Source: an uncultured bacterium (GTDB taxonomy: Bacteria; Chlamydiota; Chlamydiia; Chlamydiales; SM23-39). Taken from it: 64,000 nucleotides of DNA. The DNA lies in the NCBI GenBank assembly GCA_964424735.1, contig CAYRJU010000007.1, forward strand, positions 5,666 through 69,665, in the 5' to 3' direction. Position numbers and translations under genes: made by a program. This document shows positions 27,724 to 41,268 of this stretch, piece after piece. Below the pieces are notes generated by a model. That model ran no database searches, was not told the origin of the DNA, and saw nothing but the letters and a program-made list of their open reading frames with translations. Numbering within the stretch: position 1 is the first letter of the stretch; each line of letters starts with the position of its first letter.

Positions 27724-29148
27724 ATGGATGAGCAGGAAACAGAATCTCAGGTCGGCCGCATCGATGACCTTCTGAAGGAAAAGCTCGAAAAAGCTTTTCA
27801 TAAGCAGACGTCTAAAGTGCGCCTTCACGATATCGCAAAGATCGCTTGCGAGCACTCCCCCATTGACCTCGCCTACGCAGCCTCCCACTTGCCCCCCAAC
27901 GTCCGCCCCGTTCTTTATGAGAACCTGCCCAGTAGAGATGATAAGATCAAATTTTTGATCAACACCGATAGCGATACGAGGCTTGCCCTCTTTCGCTACC
28001 TCGATGATATCGAATTGAAGAGAATTTTTGAACGGATGCCAACCGATGAGGCAGTTTGGGTTGTCGACGATATGCCCGAGCGCAGATTTCGTAGAGTCAT
28101 GGACCTCGTCGATTCAAAGAAAGCAAGTCGGATTAAGGAGCTGAAAAAGCATGACCGCAAGAGCGCGGGAAGGCTCATGACCTCCGAATTTTTTGCTTTC
28201 ACGATGGACATGACCATTGGTGAGGCGGCCAGCTACATTCGAGACAATCCCCGGATCGATTTCACGAAGGGCATTTTCATTTTAAATGATGCGGGCGAGC
28301 TCCAAGGCTACGTCCCCGCGCGTAACCTGATGATCAATAGCTCTTCTACCCCTCTTCGACAAGTCATGCGTCCCATCCTTCACAAAGTCACGGTAGATGC
28401 CACCCGAGAAGAAGTCATCGATATCGTAGAGCGATATAAAATTTCTTCACTGCCCGTCGTCGATATCGATAACGAACTCATCGGGGTCATTGCCCATGAA
28501 GACATTGTCGAAGCGATGGAAGATCTGGCAGATGAGACAATCGCCCGCATGGCGGGTACCAACGAAAAATTTACCTCACACGATCCCATTTTGCGAAGGT
28601 TTTTAAAGCGCGCTCCTTGGCTTCTCGTGACCCTTCTTGCAGGTCTTGTCAATACAGGGGTCCTCTCCTCTTTCCAAAAGCATGAAGGGGGAATGTTGAC
28701 CTTTGCGATCTTTTTCGTGCCTCTCATCAACGGAATGTCGGGAAATATCGGGTTGCAGTGCAGTACAGTGCTAGTCCGCATCATGGCGCTCGGCGGTCTT
28801 TCTGCAGGAAATCGCAAAGAGACGATCGTCAAAGAGCTCTTGAGTGGCCTTTTTACAGGTGTCATCTTCGGTATTGCCTGCGGCATCTTGGTCTATTTGC
28901 TCGATTTCCTTAGTGGAAGTGCTCTCGGACCCACCACGCCCTTGGCAGTGGCGGCGATTGTCAGCACAGGACTCATCGGGGGCTGCTTTGCGGGGACGCT
29001 GCTCGGCGTCTTTTCGCCCCTTTTCTTTTCCCGAATTGGGGTCGATCCAGCCATTTCGGCAGGTCCCATTGTCACAGCTTTCAACGATTTTCTATCGATG
29101 ACGATCTATCTCTGCCTTGCCTGGGGCATCAGCAACCTACTTCTGTAA
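27724..29148 (+). CDS. mgtE: Magnesium transporter MgtE
   Basis: 474 aa. N-domain, tandem CBS domains, and a C-terminal 5-TM MgtE domain (PLINGMSGNIGLQ, GPIVTAFNDFLS). Confidence 0.9.
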   Translation: MDEQETESQVGRIDDLLKEKLEKAFHKQTSKVRLHDIAKIACEHSPIDLAYAASHLPPNVRPVLYENLPSRDDKIKFLINTDSDTRLALFRYLDDIELKRIFERMPTDEAVWVVDDMPERRFRRVMDLVDSKKASRIKELKKHDRKSAGRLMTSEFFAFTMDMTIGEAASYIRDNPRIDFTKGIFILNDAGELQGYVPARNLMINSSSTPLRQVMRPILHKVTVDATREEVIDIVERYKISSLPVVDIDNELIGVIAHEDIVEAMEDLADETIARMAGTNEKFTSHDPILRRFLKRAPWLLVTLLAGLVNTGVLSSFQKHEGGMLTFAIFFVPLINGMSGNIGLQCSTVLVRIMALGGLSAGNRKETIVKELLSGLFTGVIFGIACGILVYLLDFLSGSALGPTTPLAVAAIVSTGLIGGCFAGTLLGVFSPLFFSRIGVDPAISAGPIVTAFNDFLSMTIYLCLAWGISNLLL

Positions 29149-29209
29149 GAAGAGACCAATAAACCTATTTCAAATAAGAGGCTTTTACAGCCAAGTTTCT
29201 GTAAATTGT

Positions 29210-29407
29210 ATCAGCACAGAGGAAATAGATAGGGTAGAGAGACGCAGAGGATATAAAATGCAAAGATCGAGAGAAAATAGAGATTTGACGGGACCTTGCC
29301 CTGAGTAAGAGAGCGGCTCCTCTCTCCCTCAGGGCAAGGTCCCGTCAAATCTCTAATTTTATTTTTTCTCTGCGTCTCTCTACCCTATCTATTTCCTCTG
29401 CGCTGAT
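29210..29407. repeat. Nested compound palindrome (40-bp outer arms, 27-bp inner arms)
   Basis: Outer arms 29210-29249 and 29368-29407 match at 39/40. Inner arms 29279-29305 and 29328-29354 match at 27/27. It lies between mgtE and the DUF721 gene. Confidence 0.9.
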
Positions 29408-29516
29408 ATCTTTACACATATCGTTATGAAAGAAGGCTTTTATTCCATACTTTCGGAGCGCAACTTGGATTAGGATAGGTTCATAAGTGTGGTTGTGTTT
29501 TTGCTCCCGTTTTGAT

Positions 29517-29849
29517 ATGATGGAGAATATGAGATCTCGCACGAGAAGAAATTATGCCGGCACGGAAAATCCGGTCAAAAAAGCGGCAGAAATCCTGCCC
29601 GAAATCCTCGAAAGTTTGAAAACAAAAACCAAAAATCCTCAAGTAGAAGTTTTTCAATTCTGGCACAGTCTCATGGGAGAAAAAATGGCTCCTTTGACAG
29701 AGCCTGTATCTTTAATCGATGGGGTCTTGACGGTGAAAGTAAAAAGTTCTACTCTCTACAGTTTACTGGCAGGCGTGGAGGCCCCACGTCTTTTAGGCCA
29801 GCTGCAAGAGAAATTTTCAATCCGAAATCTCGTGTTTCGGGTGGGGTAA
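29517..29849 (+). CDS. DUF721/DciA-like small protein upstream of gyrB
   Basis: ...FWHSLMGEKMAPLTEPVSLIDGVLTVKVKSSTLYSLL...IRNLVFRVG matches the DUF721 pattern, and the position before gyrB is the conserved one. The exact start (29517 or 29520) is uncertain. Confidence 0.65.
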   Translation: MMENMRSRTRRNYAGTENPVKKAAEILPEILESLKTKTKNPQVEVFQFWHSLMGEKMAPLTEPVSLIDGVLTVKVKSSTLYSLLAGVEAPRLLGQLQEKFSIRNLVFRVG

Positions 29850-32336
<2,487 letters not shown>

Positions 32337-32345
32337 GGTTGAAGC

Positions 32346-34813
<2,468 letters not shown>

Positions 34814-34814
<1 letters not shown>

Positions 34815-34980
34815 TACCATTTATCAAAAATAACCTCGATTGGGAACAGCCATCATAGCAGCTTACCTTTTAACGAACGCTCGTCGCCCATATTGATGCA
34901 ATATGGGCCTCCTCGCGTTCGTCAAAATCTAAACCACTCTGAGACCGTCCGCAGTCAAGCTTTTTTCTGATAAATGGTAT
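34814..34980. repeat. Compound inverted repeat at the gyrA / ANK-gene convergent junction
   Basis: Outer arms ataccatttatca (34814-34826) and tgataaatggtat (34968-34980). Inner stem acgaacgc/gcccatatt (34873-34894) pairs with aatatgggc/gcgttcgt (34900-34922). Confidence 0.7.
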
Positions 34981-36130
34981 AATTGGGGATGCGAGTTTTC
35001 AATAGATTCGCGACGTTAACCCACCCGCGCGAAGTCGCCATGGATAGGGGTGTTTGGTTGTCATCGAAGACCCAGTTGGGATTGGCTCCCATGTCCAAGT
35101 AGAATTCTATGTGCTCTAATTGCGGACACCATTCGCTATAGAATTCTCTCTTAAAGAATTTTTCTAGATCCGCCCCTTTTTCTATGAGAAGAGGGCACAG
35201 TTCTTTACTTTTCCAACAGATTGCAAGAAAAAGAAACTTGTTTTTTTCTTCTTGCGTGGTGAGGAGCGATAGAAAAAAGGTTTGGTATTGTGTTTCTCCT
35301 GAACGGCATCGATCGAAGAGGCGATGAAGCAAAAGCCCCTTCAAAGGCCCACCATAAGAGAAAGAAGTGAGTACTTGAGTTGTCAAATTGAGGTCCATTC
35401 TTTCAATCAAAATGGCAATGATGGCTTGAGAATCCGTATATCTCATTGCGTAGATTCCAATGATGCGTAGGAAAAGATCCATCCGGTTTCTTCTGTTGAG
35501 AAAGTCGAGTAGAGCCTCCGAACCATCACTCAACAGATATTTGTTATAAAAAGAGGTGGCCAGTGAGTGGGTGCGTATGAACGCAACGCCTCCAGGAGTG
35601 CGTGCGATATCGAAGAGAACTTTTTCGAACTCTTCCATATGGCTCTTGATTTCGTCTTCAAAGGCGATGAGCGAATCGAATTTTTCTTGGGCTCTTGGGT
35701 GTGTTTCCAACATCCGCAAAAGGGGGTGAAGAGTGCCCCGCTCTAATTTCTGTTTGTAATCGATAGGGAAAAGGGCTTCCCGCTCACCTGCAAGATACAG
35801 GCAAATTCGGATGGGGAATAAGATGGGGAAGATAACGACACCCACGAAATTAAGAGTCGGGATTGGATTGGGGCAAGCAACGGCCTGAAAGAGGGCTTGA
35901 GCGCTTCGCTGAATGAAATCATAGCTGAGCGCAAAAGGAAGGTTTATGAGAAGCCCCATGGGAATCACGAGATAGAGAATCACAACGGCGCGAATCCGGG
36001 TGAGAAGATCGAGAGCCTTTAGTTCATCTGCCCCTTTAAAGCTGAGATTTTCAAAACGCTGAAGTACAGAACCTGTCAAGGAGTCGGCAGAAACGAGAAA
36101 CCGATTATCTGACAAAATTCCGTTAGACAT
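34955..36130 (-). CDS. Membrane protein with a bilobed hydrophobic N-region and C-terminal ANK-like repeats (Inc-like candidate), paralog 1
   Basis: 391 aa. Hydrophobic stretch AVVILYLVIPMGLLINLPFAL...FVGVVIFPILFPIRICLYLAG. A conserved block FPIDY...HPLLRMLETHPRAQEKFD is shared with the next gene. C-terminal ANK units (LLIEKGADL..., GANPNW...QTPLSMATSRGWVNVANLL). Confidence 0.65.
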   Translation of the reverse strand: MSNGILSDNRFLVSADSLTGSVLQRFENLSFKGADELKALDLLTRIRAVVILYLVIPMGLLINLPFALSYDFIQRSAQALFQAVACPNPIPTLNFVGVVIFPILFPIRICLYLAGEREALFPIDYKQKLERGTLHPLLRMLETHPRAQEKFDSLIAFEDEIKSHMEEFEKVLFDIARTPGGVAFIRTHSLATSFYNKYLLSDGSEALLDFLNRRNRMDLFLRIIGIYAMRYTDSQAIIAILIERMDLNLTTQVLTSFSYGGPLKGLLLHRLFDRCRSGETQYQTFFLSLLTTQEEKNKFLFLAICWKSKELCPLLIEKGADLEKFFKREFYSEWCPQLEHIEFYLDMGANPNWVFDDNQTPLSMATSRGWVNVANLLKTRIPNYTIYQKKA

Positions 36131-36140
36131 ATTGTATTAT

Positions 36141-37862
36141 TTATTGTCCTCCTAAATCATGGTAAGAGTTGAGAAGAGCGGCAAAGAGCTTTTGAAAAGT
36201 GCCTGAATTTTCATGTTTGTCGGTGTGAAAGAGTAAGGCTTTTTTGTAATAGGCTCTCTTTAATTTCTGTGACTCAGTGTCTTGCAAGCCAAAAATGGCC
36301 CATCGCGTTGTGGCTTTTGAGATTTGATCTAAGAAGGCAAGAACCTCTCGATCAAATGACTCTTTATCATTTTTCTGAGGATCATTTGTGTCATATACTT
36401 TGGCGCGCAATTCTTGTTGTCCTTCTTCTACAAGCTCTCTTGGAAAATATTGGAGAACGGCTGCTCTAGGATCTATTGATGTAGAGGGAGATTTGTACTC
36501 ATCATAACTGCTGCTTCCTGTCTGCCTGCCGCTTCTCCCTTCGAGAAGATTCACTATGTCCTCGTATTTCAGTAAATGGGCTATTTCCAGAGGTGTTTTG
36601 CCATAATGCAAACCTGCCGCCTCGCATTTCATGTTCAGGTCAGCGCTCCTTCCTTTGAGTAGGCGAGCAAGGGCAAAATCTCCATAATACGCGGCGTAAG
36701 TGAGGGGGGTATGGCCCTTGAGAAGACCGGATGAGAATCGAGTATTGACGTTTCTAGAAGTTAAAATCAACTCGATGAATAGGCGTTTGTCCAACATGTG
36801 CTTCACGAAAAGATCTTGGAAAAGAAATGGATCAGGCTTTGCTCCAGCTCTATACAGCTGAGTAGCGATATCTAAATTCGACATCTGCAATATAGCATAG
36901 CGTAAGGGGTGATCTGAGCCGGCAGGCTTAAGATTGGGGTCTGCTTTATATTGCAGCAACACGGGCACGAGACCAGGCCTATAGTTTTTTAATGACCAGC
37001 AAAGAGGAGTATCAGCCCCCCAATTTATCCTTGTGTCTGGATCGACACCCATTTCCAACAAGCATGCGATCCGAACTGTATCTGCCCATCCGATAAATTC
37101 TTGTTTAAAACGGGCTTCTAACTCTGACTTTCTTGACTTTGCGATAGATTTAAGGATAGTTTGGCATTGGAGTTCATCTCTAGTCCTAGGAACAATAAGG
37201 TATTTTCGAAAGAGTTCTTTGGCTACATCGAACCATAAATCGGGGAAGCGAGCGGAACGCAAAGTAAGAACACGATCGATGATCGTTTCGTCTCTCGTGC
37301 CAGCCAGAACTTCGGCGAGAGAATCAGAACTCATATCCGTTGTCCATTTATCTATTTCGAGCATGCGCGTGATGAGATCTGTGCGATTAGAGCTTTTCAA
37401 AAAGTTCAACAGACCCCTCACGTCCCAGGAATAAAGGTTCTCTCTCAAAATAGAACGATGGCCTTTCAGAAAATTGATTCCACCAGGAATAGAAGCAATG
37501 TCGAATACTGATTTCTCAAATGGGGTCATGTCGCTTTTGATTTCACTTTCAAAAGAAACGAGTTGATCGAATTTTTCTTGGGCTCTTGGATGTGTTGCCA
37601 ACATCCGCAAAAGGGGATGGGGCTCACACGTATTTCCTTTAGTGACGTAGTCAATGGGGAAAAGAGAAAAAGTATCGTTATTCCCCACCACGTAGAATCC
37701 GATTCGAATGGGGAGAGTGAGGGCGAAGGTAACAAACCCCACGAAATAGATTCTTATGGTTACCTCTTCGCCTTTAAGGATTTTCCAAAGCACTTGAATG
37801 CTTCGTAGGCTTAAGTCAAAAACAACTAGGCAAAAAGTTGCGCCGAAAATAACAGGAGCCAT
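36141..37862 (-). CDS. Membrane/ANK-repeat protein with a C-terminal degenerate J domain (HTD), paralog 2; the full reading frame 36141..38003 is interrupted by an in-frame TGA
   Basis: 573 aa from the first ATG after the TGA. ANK units (GADTPLCWSLKNYRPGLVPVLLQYKADPN, GHTPLTYAAYYGDFALARLLKGRSADLN). The C-terminus IFGLQDTESQKLKRAYYKKALLFHTDKH...FQKLFAALLNSYHDL has the J-domain helix II/III layout. Homology to paralog 1 continues upstream through a TGA at 37941-37943 to an ATG at 38003 that is preceded by GGGAG. Confidence 0.7.
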   Translation of the reverse strand: MAPVIFGATFCLVVFDLSLRSIQVLWKILKGEEVTIRIYFVGFVTFALTLPIRIGFYVVGNNDTFSLFPIDYVTKGNTCEPHPLLRMLATHPRAQEKFDQLVSFESEIKSDMTPFEKSVFDIASIPGGINFLKGHRSILRENLYSWDVRGLLNFLKSSNRTDLITRMLEIDKWTTDMSSDSLAEVLAGTRDETIIDRVLTLRSARFPDLWFDVAKELFRKYLIVPRTRDELQCQTILKSIAKSRKSELEARFKQEFIGWADTVRIACLLEMGVDPDTRINWGADTPLCWSLKNYRPGLVPVLLQYKADPNLKPAGSDHPLRYAILQMSNLDIATQLYRAGAKPDPFLFQDLFVKHMLDKRLFIELILTSRNVNTRFSSGLLKGHTPLTYAAYYGDFALARLLKGRSADLNMKCEAAGLHYGKTPLEIAHLLKYEDIVNLLEGRSGRQTGSSSYDEYKSPSTSIDPRAAVLQYFPRELVEEGQQELRAKVYDTNDPQKNDKESFDREVLAFLDQISKATTRWAIFGLQDTESQKLKRAYYKKALLFHTDKHENSGTFQKLFAALLNSYHDLGGQ

Positions 37863-38117
37863 AAAGATACGAACAACAATAGTTGCAATTCGCGGTAGTG
37901 TTTTATTGTCTTTGTAAAACTCCGCTTCCCCTATTTTGAGTCACTTGGCTGTCCAAGAATCGGCAGGAAGAAGAGAGTTACTAGATAAAGTCGCACATAC
38001 CATCGGAAGCTCCCTAAAAAAACAAAAATAATTTAAAGAGGTTTTTGGATTTTTTCAAGAAGATTGTTGTTCTTGGATCACATTGACTGAAAGTGATGGC
38101 GTGCATATGATACATGG

Positions 38118-38738
38118 ATGCGCAAGAAAGGCTTTTTCATCACATTTGAAGGAGGAGAAGGGGCGGGGAAAACGACACTCATCGAACAGATTGCCCGTCA
38201 GCTCACGGAGGATGGCCACTCGGTCTTGAAAACAAGAGAGCCCGGAGGAACAGAGCTCGGAGAACACATCCGCATTCTTTTATTGCAGCATGAAAGACCC
38301 ATTTCGCCCTATGCAGAACTCTCCCTTTTTCTCGCTTCGAGAGCGCAGCACATTTTAGAAGTGATCGGGCCTGCTCTTGAGAAGGGAAAGATCGTTCTCT
38401 GCGATCGCTTCAACGATTCTTCCATCGCCTATCAAGGAGCCGCACGCGGCCTTGGCATGGAGCAGGTGAGCGCTTTTTGCGAATTCATTTCTCAAGGAGT
38501 AGAACCAAAGCTCACTCTTTATCTCGATCTCGATCCGAGAATTGGACTTGCTCGAGCGGCAAAAGAGAGAAAACAAGATCGGATCGAAGCAGAAGAGATC
38601 CTCTTTCACGAAAAAATCAGGGAAGCCTATTTGGCCATCCACAAAAAAGATCCAAAACGCTTTTTGAGACTCGATGCTGATCTTCCCCCCTCTCAAGTTT
38701 ATGAAGAGGCGATGAAACGGATCAAGATGCATGTTTAG
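38118..38738 (+). CDS. tmk: Thymidylate kinase
   Basis: 206 aa. FITFEGGEGAGKTT P-loop, DRF motif, and LID-region arginines. Confidence 0.9.
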   Translation: MRKKGFFITFEGGEGAGKTTLIEQIARQLTEDGHSVLKTREPGGTELGEHIRILLLQHERPISPYAELSLFLASRAQHILEVIGPALEKGKIVLCDRFNDSSIAYQGAARGLGMEQVSAFCEFISQGVEPKLTLYLDLDPRIGLARAAKERKQDRIEAEEILFHEKIREAYLAIHKKDPKRFLRLDADLPPSQVYEEAMKRIKMHV

Positions 38739-39630
38739 TCATCTCGTCGGCAATGAATGGATCAAGAGCTATTTGCAAAAGGCCATTTCGGAAAATTGCC
38801 TGGCTCAAACGCTGCTCTTCGTAGGGCCTGATGGCATTGGAAAGAGTCTGTTTGCAAAAGCTGTTGCAAAAACGCTTTTGGGAAAAGAGAATTCTCCCGA
38901 TCTACATATTTTAGCGCCCGCTGGAAAGAGCGGACTCTATGCCATCGACACTTTGAGAGAAATGATCGATCAAGAACACGAAGCCTCTTTTGAAGGAAGG
39001 GGCAAAGTATTTATCTTAAGAGATGCCGAGCGGATGCAGCCAGCAAGCGCCAATGCTCTTTTAAAAACTTTGGAAGAGCCGACGCCAGATACGACCTATA
39101 TCCTTCTCACGAGCTCACCCCAAGAAATGCTTCCCACCCTTTTATCGCGTTGCACAAGGGTATCTTTTCAGCCGTTAACGGAAGAAGAGATTGGTGGGTT
39201 ATTACATGCCAAAGGTTATCCCAAACATCTCGCAAAACTGGCTCAAGGGTCTATAGGAAGAGCTTTTGAGCTTGCTGAACATCCCGAATTTGAGGAGCAT
39301 CGAAAACGGCTCTTCGATCTCTTGACCCAAAGACCCTCCTATCCAGAGCTCTCCTTGGGACTCGCAAAACTGGAGGAGATGCTGAATGCGGAAGAGGATC
39401 CCGTCAAAGGGGCAAGGCGCCTTGAGCATCTCTTGATCTCTACGTTGATGTGGCATCGGGATCAGCATTTAAGAGAGGTAGGCGCGCCCGTTGAAATGCT
39501 CTTTTTCCCAGACGAGGCGAGAAGGGCGCCCATTCCTCTTCCCCAAGTGGAAAAGGCGATCGATCAGGCGCGGCTTGCCATCCAGCGGAATATGAAACTC
39601 TCCGTCGCTCTGATGAAGATCTTTTTCTAG
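38731..39630 (+). CDS. holB: DNA polymerase III delta' subunit
   Basis: 299 aa. GPDGIGKSLFA, NALLKTLEEP and SRC motifs. It follows tmk, as in many bacteria. Confidence 0.85.
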   Translation: MFSHLVGNEWIKSYLQKAISENCLAQTLLFVGPDGIGKSLFAKAVAKTLLGKENSPDLHILAPAGKSGLYAIDTLREMIDQEHEASFEGRGKVFILRDAERMQPASANALLKTLEEPTPDTTYILLTSSPQEMLPTLLSRCTRVSFQPLTEEEIGGLLHAKGYPKHLAKLAQGSIGRAFELAEHPEFEEHRKRLFDLLTQRPSYPELSLGLAKLEEMLNAEEDPVKGARRLEHLLISTLMWHRDQHLREVGAPVEMLFFPDEARRAPIPLPQVEKAIDQARLAIQRNMKLSVALMKIFF

Positions 39631-40448
39631 CGGAGTTTGCCCGACCAGGCGAGTTTGGTGCGCAACGTGTTGAAATACTCATGCCGATGTAAGTTCACCC
39701 TTTTGAAGGTGCGCTTGGAGCGCTGAATGGTGATCGATCCCCCACTTTTTAAAGAGATCGCATCGAGCCCATCGGCGCGGGCATCAATCGGTCCATATTC
39801 ACTTAAGTACTGGATCCGGATTTTGCAATCGGCAGATAAGACGATCGGTCGATTGGAAATGGTGTGGGGACAGATGGGGGTAAGGACTATAGCTTCGAGA
39901 TTGGGGCTCAAAATGGGGCCGCCTGCAGCTAAAGAGTAGGCGGTAGAGCCGTTGGGAGTTGAGATGATCAAACCGTCGGCAGTAAACGTGTTGACATAGG
40001 TGCCATCCACTTCGAGAGAAAGTTCTATGAGACTGTAGTTTTGAGCCCGATGGATGACGATGTCGTTAACAGCCCGTAAGGTTCCCGATTCGATCATGAG
40101 TCTTTGATCGATCGTATAGGCGCCTTTGAGAAGATCGGTGAGACTCGGATAGATATCATCGAGAGGGATATCCGCCATGAATCCCAAATGTCCGAGATTG
40201 ATCCCGACGACTCCTGCATTCAGGTGACTGTAGCGATGGCAAAGACGTAAAATTGTTCCGTCGCCTCCCATTGAGATGAGGAATTGGATCTTTGTCTGAT
40301 CGATCGTTGATAAGGGGCGCGCTCCAATCAAATCAGCCTTCTCTTCCTCGGCAACGACAATGACACCCCGCTCCTCTAAAAATGCCCGAATTTGGGCAGC
40401 GAGTTCAAAGGATTGCTTTTTCTTTTCGTTCGGAAAGAGGGCGATCAT
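39627..40448 (-). CDS. nadK: NAD kinase
   Basis: 273 aa. GGDGTILR, GINLGHLGF and STPNGSTAYSLAAGGPI. Confidence 0.9.
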   Translation of the reverse strand: MIALFPNEKKKQSFELAAQIRAFLEERGVIVVAEEEKADLIGARPLSTIDQTKIQFLISMGGDGTILRLCHRYSHLNAGVVGINLGHLGFMADIPLDDIYPSLTDLLKGAYTIDQRLMIESGTLRAVNDIVIHRAQNYSLIELSLEVDGTYVNTFTADGLIISTPNGSTAYSLAAGGPILSPNLEAIVLTPICPHTISNRPIVLSADCKIRIQYLSEYGPIDARADGLDAISLKSGGSITIQRSKRTFKRVNLHRHEYFNTLRTKLAWSGKLR

Positions 40449-40543
40449 GATCTATCCTCGAATAAAGCCTCATTCTCTCATAAATGCGAGTTTTACCCAA
40501 ATAAACTCAAAATGGGTTTTTGGCTTCGCCGGCATCCACCCTC

Positions 40544-41200
40544 TCAGTAGTCTATGGGATTTTCTGCGGAACTCCCGGGATCCAACATTATGACCTCTCC
40601 TGGTTTTTTTAGGTCTATACCGAAAGTCACTGGATGTAAGAAAGAATAATCTTGTCCAGAAAAAAAACGCCAAGCACCCAAAAAAAGCCATTGATCTCCT
40701 ACTCTCCGATTTTCCCAATCAAACGAATAAACGCCTCTCGGACTAAACTTTTCACCCGTGGTAAATACAAGCGTACTCAAATGCCATTCGTCAATAATAT
40801 AGTCTTCTTCCTTGTTACTTAAAGTTTTTGTCTCAGCCTTTAAGATAGGATAGCAAGTGCCAGTCTCTTGATTATATCCTTGTAAAGATCCATCAGGATT
40901 TGCTGTGATACAAATTTCATTGCCTGTCATCCACGGATTGTTGTCTGGGGTTTTTAGGTAATAGAACCATTGACTCCCATCTTCAAGCTCAAAAATATTG
41001 AAAAAGATGGGGCACTCCGGCAGCCACGACAGCCAACTCTTGACTGTAGTTGAAACGCAGCATGTCTGTCGTATTTTTCCTTGGGCGATGAGACCTTTAC
41101 TCAGATCAGCCCGAAGATCATGAACAGCTGCTCCCATTGTATATGCTTGGATAATAGGGGCCTGAAAGCCCAGATGGGCATTGCCAATTAAATAATTCAT
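40544..41200 (-). CDS. Hypothetical protein (orphan, no recognised domain)
   Basis: 218-aa ORF, rich in Trp, Tyr and Cys, in a locally AT-richer stretch next to the nucleotide transporter. Confidence 0.5.
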   Translation of the reverse strand: MNYLIGNAHLGFQAPIIQAYTMGAAVHDLRADLSKGLIAQGKIRQTCCVSTTVKSWLSWLPECPIFFNIFELEDGSQWFYYLKTPDNNPWMTGNEICITANPDGSLQGYNQETGTCYPILKAETKTLSNKEEDYIIDEWHLSTLVFTTGEKFSPRGVYSFDWENRRVGDQWLFLGAWRFFSGQDYSFLHPVTFGIDLKKPGEVIMLDPGSSAENPIDY

Positions 41201-41268
41201 TAATTCTCCGTTTAATAACAGGCTAATTTTAGGATTTTTGTCTTAATTATTCAATAAAGCACAAATCT

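Noticed and set aside
29117-29542. Two small ORFs (29117..29308 + and 29345..29542 -) that share EEIDRVERRR
   Set aside because: The shared peptide is simply the two arms of the inverted repeat translated on opposite strands. It is a symmetry artefact, not a paralog pair.
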